A DNA stretch of 64,000 nucleotides, from contig CAVQPP010000260.1 of the NCBI GenBank assembly GCA_963714445.1, forward strand, positions 9,115-73,114, read 5' to 3'. The translations under genes were made by a program, and so were the position numbers. Shown piece after piece: positions 59,533 through 64,000 of the stretch (within the stretch, counting starts at the first letter, position 1; each line of letters starts with the position of its first letter). The notes below the pieces were generated by a model, which searched no databases, was not told the origin of the DNA, and was given only the letters and a program-made list of their open reading frames with translations. The DNA comes from an uncultured Actinomycetota bacterium. GTDB lineage: Bacteria; Actinomycetota; Actinomycetes; Streptomycetales; Catenulisporaceae.

Positions 59533-61265
59533 CAGCCGTCGAGCGGGTCCGCGCGGCGTACGCGGCGATCGACGCGGCCGGCCGTCCCGAGATCTGGATC
59601 ACGCTGCGGCCCTTCGACGACGCCGTCGCGGAGGCCGTCGCCGTTGACGAGCGGGTCGCCGCCGGGGAGACGCTGCCGCTCGCCGGGCTGGTCGCCGCCG
59701 TCAAGGACAACATCGACGTCGCCGGGCTGCCGACGACGGCCGCGGCGCCGTCATACGCCTACCAGCCCGGCTCTGATGCCACGGCGGTGGCCCGGCTCCG
59801 GGCGGCCGGGGCGATCGTGGCCGGCAAGACGAACCTCGACCAGTTCGCCACTGGCCTGGTCGGCACCCGCAGCCCGTATGGCGCGGTCCGGTCCGCCTGG
59901 GACGCCGGGCGCATCTCCGGGGGATCCAGCTCGGGGTCGGCGGTCGCCGTCGCGCTCGGCCTAGTCGACGTTGCGCTCGGCACGGACACCGCCGGCTCCG
60001 GCCGCGTGCCCGCGGCCCTCAACGGCATCGTCGGCGTGAAGCCCACCCGCGGGCTGATCCCCTGCACTGGGGTCGTGCCGGCCTGCCGGTCGCTGGACTG
60101 CGTGACCGTCTTCGCGCGGTCACTCGACCTTGCGCGGCAGGCAGTCGACGTGATGGCCAGCCCGGACGGCATCGACCCGCTCGCGACGCTGCTTGACACC
60201 CGGCCCCGCGTCGGCGGCTGGGACCCCGCGGCGGCGAGCGCGACCGCCGCTCCGGCCACTGGCTCCGGGTCGGCCACCGGCCGACGGCGGCCGACGCGGC
60301 TCGCCATCCCGCTGCCCGGGCAGCTTGACGGCCTTGGCGACGGCTGGGCATCGGCGTTCGACGCCGCGGTGTCGCGGCTGCGGGCCGTCGGCTGTGAGGT
60401 CGAGCCCGTCGACATCACGCCGCTGCTGGAGGCGGCGACGCTGCTGTACGGCGGGGCGTTCGTCGCCGAACGGTACGCGGCGGTCGGCGAGCACATCGCC
60501 GCCCGCGAGGAGCTGATCGGGGACACCCTCGACCCGGTTGTCGCCACGATCATCCTCGACGGGGCCAAGCACGGCGCGGCCGGCTACTTCGCCGACCGCA
60601 CGCGGCTCGACGAGCTCGCGGCGTCGGCTGCGACGGTGCTGGCCGGCTTCGACGCGCTGCTCACCCCGACGACGACCGCGCACCCCACGTTCGAGGAGGT
60701 GCGGGCGGACCCGGTCGGCGTCAACGCGCGGCTGGGCCGGTACACCAACTTCTGCAACCTCCTCGACCTGGCGGCCGTGGCCGTGCCTTGCGGGACGGTC
60801 GGCAGCGGTCCGTTCGGGATAATGCTTACCGGGCCGGCTGGCAGCGACGGCCGGCTCGCGGAGATCGCCGCGCGGCATGACGCGGCGCCCGTGGAGCTCC
60901 TCGTCGTGGGCGCGCACCTGGCCGGTCAGCCGCTGAACGACGAGCTGCTCGCCGCCGGCGGCGTCCTGGCCGAGCCCGCGCTGACGGCGCCGGAGTACCG
61001 GCTGTATGCGCTGGCCACAACGCCGCGCAAGCCCGGGCTGGTGCGCGACGCCGGCTCGCCTGCCCGCATCGCCGGGGAGGTCTGGCGGCTGCCGGCGGCA
61101 GGGCTCGCCCGCTTCATGGCGGGGCTGGTCGCCCCCATGACGATCGGCCGGGTCCGGCTGGATGACGGGCGGGAGGTGCTCGGCTTCACCTGTGAGCCCG
61201 CCGCCCTATCGGGCGCGAGCGACATCACCAGCTATGGCGGCTGGCGCGCGTGGCTGGCCCGGTGA
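59529..61265 (+). CDS. atzF: Allophanate hydrolase
   Basis: VKDNID, GKTNLDQFATG, GGSSSGS, GTDTAGSGR and the C-terminal VVGAHL domain. Confidence 0.95.
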   Translation: MTAVERVRAAYAAIDAAGRPEIWITLRPFDDAVAEAVAVDERVAAGETLPLAGLVAAVKDNIDVAGLPTTAAAPSYAYQPGSDATAVARLRAAGAIVAGKTNLDQFATGLVGTRSPYGAVRSAWDAGRISGGSSSGSAVAVALGLVDVALGTDTAGSGRVPAALNGIVGVKPTRGLIPCTGVVPACRSLDCVTVFARSLDLARQAVDVMASPDGIDPLATLLDTRPRVGGWDPAAASATAAPATGSGSATGRRRPTRLAIPLPGQLDGLGDGWASAFDAAVSRLRAVGCEVEPVDITPLLEAATLLYGGAFVAERYAAVGEHIAAREELIGDTLDPVVATIILDGAKHGAAGYFADRTRLDELAASAATVLAGFDALLTPTTTAHPTFEEVRADPVGVNARLGRYTNFCNLLDLAAVAVPCGTVGSGPFGIMLTGPAGSDGRLAEIAARHDAAPVELLVVGAHLAGQPLNDELLAAGGVLAEPALTAPEYRLYALATTPRKPGLVRDAGSPARIAGEVWRLPAAGLARFMAGLVAPMTIGRVRLDDGREVLGFTCEPAALSGASDITSYGGWRAWLAR

Positions 61266-62041
61266 ACCGGCCCGTTATGATCGCAGGCGTGGCGGAGGTG
61301 CGAAACTCACCCGAGGTGAGTGGGGCTCCGGAGCGGCGGAGGCGCGCGGGGCGGCCACGGCTGCGCCTGGCCAGCGACACGGGTGTCCCGGCGCGGGAGG
61401 AGATCCTCGACGCGGCGGCCGAGTTGTTCGCGCTGCAGGGGCCGGCGGCCACCACGACCCGGCAGATCGCTGACCGGGTGGGAATCCGGCAGGCGTCGCT
61501 GTACTACTACTTCGGCGGGAAGGACGAGATCCTGCTGGAGCTACTCACCCTGTCGGTGCGGCCTAGCCTCCAGGTCGCCGCGACCCTGGAGTCTCGATGC
61601 GCCGGCGAGCCAGGCACCGGGCTGTACGCGCTGGCCCTGATCGACGTCCAGACCCTGACCCGCGCCCCGCACAATATCGGCACCCTGTACCTGCTGCCTG
61701 AGGTTCAAGGGGAGGAGTACGCGTCGTTTCGCGCCGAACGAGCCTCCCTGCAGGCCGTCTACGGCCGGCTCGGTCGGCTGTGCGGGGCGGCCGGCGGGGG
61801 CCTCGACCAGGCGCTGACCGGGACGCTCGTCATGCAGGTCGTCGAGTCGGTCATCCAGCTGCGGCGGGCGGGATCCTGGGGGCACGCCCGCGAGGACGGG
61901 GACGCGCGCGAGGACGGGCGCGCCCGCGACGAGGGGCACGCCCACGAGATAGCCGCGTCCTGCCTGCGGGTCGTCGGCCTCGGCCCGCAGGAGATCGCCC
62001 GGGCGCGGGGCGGCGCGGCGGAGCTGATCGCCGCACTTTGA
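61262..62041 (+). CDS. TetR-family regulator, AmtR-like
   Basis: GRPR...EEILDAAAELF...GIRQASLYYYF and NIGTLYLLPE. Confidence 0.8.
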   Translation: MNRPVMIAGVAEVRNSPEVSGAPERRRRAGRPRLRLASDTGVPAREEILDAAAELFALQGPAATTTRQIADRVGIRQASLYYYFGGKDEILLELLTLSVRPSLQVAATLESRCAGEPGTGLYALALIDVQTLTRAPHNIGTLYLLPEVQGEEYASFRAERASLQAVYGRLGRLCGAAGGGLDQALTGTLVMQVVESVIQLRRAGSWGHAREDGDAREDGRARDEGHAHEIAASCLRVVGLGPQEIARARGGAAELIAAL

Positions 62042-62150
62042 CCGCGATAGAAGCCCAGTTCAGATGCTGTGCGCTAGTTCTGGCACTTCACAGGGGGCAG
62101 CGGCCACGTCGCCGGCCTTCCGTGTCCGAGCCGGAGAACGGATGGCCGCG

Positions 62151-62815
62151 TCAGCGGGCTAGACCAAGCTCGCCAGCTCGCACCCCGGCCTGGAAGCGGG
62201 AGCCGGCCTTGAGCGCGGCCATCAGCTCGGCGACCCGCCGCCGGTAGGTGCGTAGCGAGGTGCCCAGCCGCCGGGCGGCCACCTCGTCGGTGAGGCCCGC
62301 GCCGAGCGCCCGCAGGATCTCCCGGGCCTCGGGAGCGAGCTCGGGGGCTTCGCCGCGCAGGTAGGCGTCGAGGCCGGTGGCTGCCTCCCAGGCGGCGGTG
62401 AACAGTGAATAAACCCCGCCCACCAGTACCGGGACGCTGCCGCCCCCTGGTACTCGCGGCCGAGCGGCGACGGCTGGCTCGCCAGGATCGCCACCCGCCG
62501 ATCCAGGATGATCGTCTCGTGCGGCAGCGGCGCGGAACTGATCCGTACCTGCGTACCCGCTGTGTCGATCTGCCGCAGGTGTGCGCGCTGCGCCTCGTCA
62601 ACCAGCACCAGCGGGCTCCACAGCTTGCGCACCGTGGGTCTGTGCTTGCCGGGGGAATGCACCCGCCGGGCGACCGCGGACCGGACCTCCCGGCTGCGAC
62701 CAGGTGGCCAGGTCGCGGGCCGCCAGGACGAACTCCTCGTGCACCGCGTCGAACAGGTGCCCCGCTCGGGCGATGAACTCGGCGTCGCCGCGCACCGTGC
62801 TGGTCTGGTCATCAG
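62151..62815 (-). pseudogene. LuxR-type HTH regulator, frameshifted
   Basis: Pieces in several frames: LPHETIILDRR and GLTDEVAARRLGTSLRTYRRRV...SRFQAG. Confidence 0.7.
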
Positions 62816-63021
62816 GCACCCGTCCAGTCTGCCAGCCGTCTCCAGGCCGGGCAATTGGCAGCAACCTGCCAGCTCCTCGCCGCGGCCACGGAGCCGGGTC
62901 AGCCTGTGAGCGTGACGGAGACAACGAACACCAGCCAGCCCGCCGTCCCCGGCACCTTCGCGATCGGCGGTGCGGACGGGCGGCTCGGGGACGAACTGTG
63001 ATCGACAGGACGGAGCCGAAG

Positions 63022-63720
63022 ATGAGTACAGAATCTGTGAGCGACCCGTCGCGCTGGTCACCGGCGCCGATAAGGGCATCGGTCTAGAGACGCCCAGCGT
63101 CTGGCCGGGGCCGGGTACAGCATTTATCTCACCGCCCGCAGCAGCGAGCGGGACAGGCCGCCGCCGCGACCGTCGGTGCGCAGTTCCGGGACTGGACGTG
63201 ACCTCCGATGAGTCGGTTCGTCACGCCGCGGACTTCGTCGAGCGGGCCGAGGGGCACCTGGACGTGCTGGTCAACAACGCCGGCATCACCGGCCCGGTCG
63301 TGACCCGCACGACTACACAGCCGGCGACATGACGGAGGTGTACTGACAACGTCGTCGGCTACCTCCGTGTGATTCGTGCCTTCTGCCGTTGCTGGAGAAG
63401 AGCGACAACCCGCGGATCGTCAATGTCAGGAGCGGCCTCGGGTCGTTCAGCCGCTTCGGCGACCGGACTGGCACTGGAGCGTTCACGGGCACACCGCTCT
63501 ACGCCGCGTCAAGGCCGCAATCAACATGATGACTGTGCATTTGCGAGCGTGCTGCCCCATATCCGCATCAACGCCGCCGACCCCTGCCTGACCGCGATCA
63601 ACCTCAGCGGCGGACATGGCCATTCAGTCCATGTCGCCTGACGTCATCGTCGCCTGCGCCCTCAGTTCACCGGCGGCCCGACCGGCACCTCGCCGATCGC
63701 GACGGCGAAGTGCCCTGGTA
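63022..63720 (+). pseudogene. Short-chain dehydrogenase, multiply frameshifted
   Basis: ALVTGADKGIG, LDVT, LDVLVNNAGI, RIVNV and INAADP in changing frames. Confidence 0.75.
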
Positions 63721-63747
63721 ATCACCACCGACCCGAAAGGAACTCAG

Positions 63748-64000
63748 ATGTATCTCGTCACCGGAGCAACAGGCCACGTCGGCGGGCCCGTCCGCGACAG
63801 CTACACGAACAGGGCCACGGCGTCCGGGCACTGGTGCGCGACCCCTCGCGGGCGGCCAGCCTCCCGGCGGAGATCGAGCTCGCCGGCGGTGATCTCGACG
63901 ACCCCGGAAGCGTGTCCAAAGCGGTCCAGGGAGTCGAGGCCATCTTCCTGATGCAGGTCGGAGGCGGGACCGAGCAGACCAAGACGATGATCGCTGCCGC
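63748..64000 (+). CDS. NmrA-like NAD(P)-binding protein, partial and frameshifted
   Basis: MYLVTGATGHVG then VRALVRDP...GDLDDP in a shifted frame. Confidence 0.7.

Noticed and set aside
61885-61945. 18-bp tandem repeat in the TetR gene (AREDG units)
   Set aside because: A short in-frame slippage repeat with no sign of separate function.

Overview
High-GC actinobacterial DNA. About the first 50.9 kb is a nested mobile and defence island ending in a tRNA-Tyr 3' fragment (attR-like, 50818-50870). The rest is a urea/guanidine carboxylase operon with an AmtR-like regulator, plus degraded genes. The island holds a radical SAM/glycosyltransferase operon and a complete Tn7-like transposon (6701-23958, TGT...ACA ends, CGGCT target duplication, tnsA-tnsB-tnsC-tniQ). 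In that transposon, tnsA is cleanly split by a two-recombinase element, the cargo includes an RAE-preceded FAD monooxygenase, and an IS701-like element carrying passenger genes is nested near the right end. Two transposase-less mini elements have related ends. One (3975-5513, GCCGG duplication) carries only a Pup-ligase (PafA) homologue lacking its catalytic motifs. The other (~33840-38060) carries a nuclease-NACHT gene. The large transposon and the NACHT mini element sit at nearly the same offset from a shared ~65 bp non-coding motif, which suggests a previously unrecognised target site. Further defence candidates are a membrane HNH protein, an Avs-like STAND ATPase, an REase-propeller fusion and a divergent Wadjet-like operon. 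Many single-base frameshifts occur across the window, so some apparent pseudogenes may be assembly errors.
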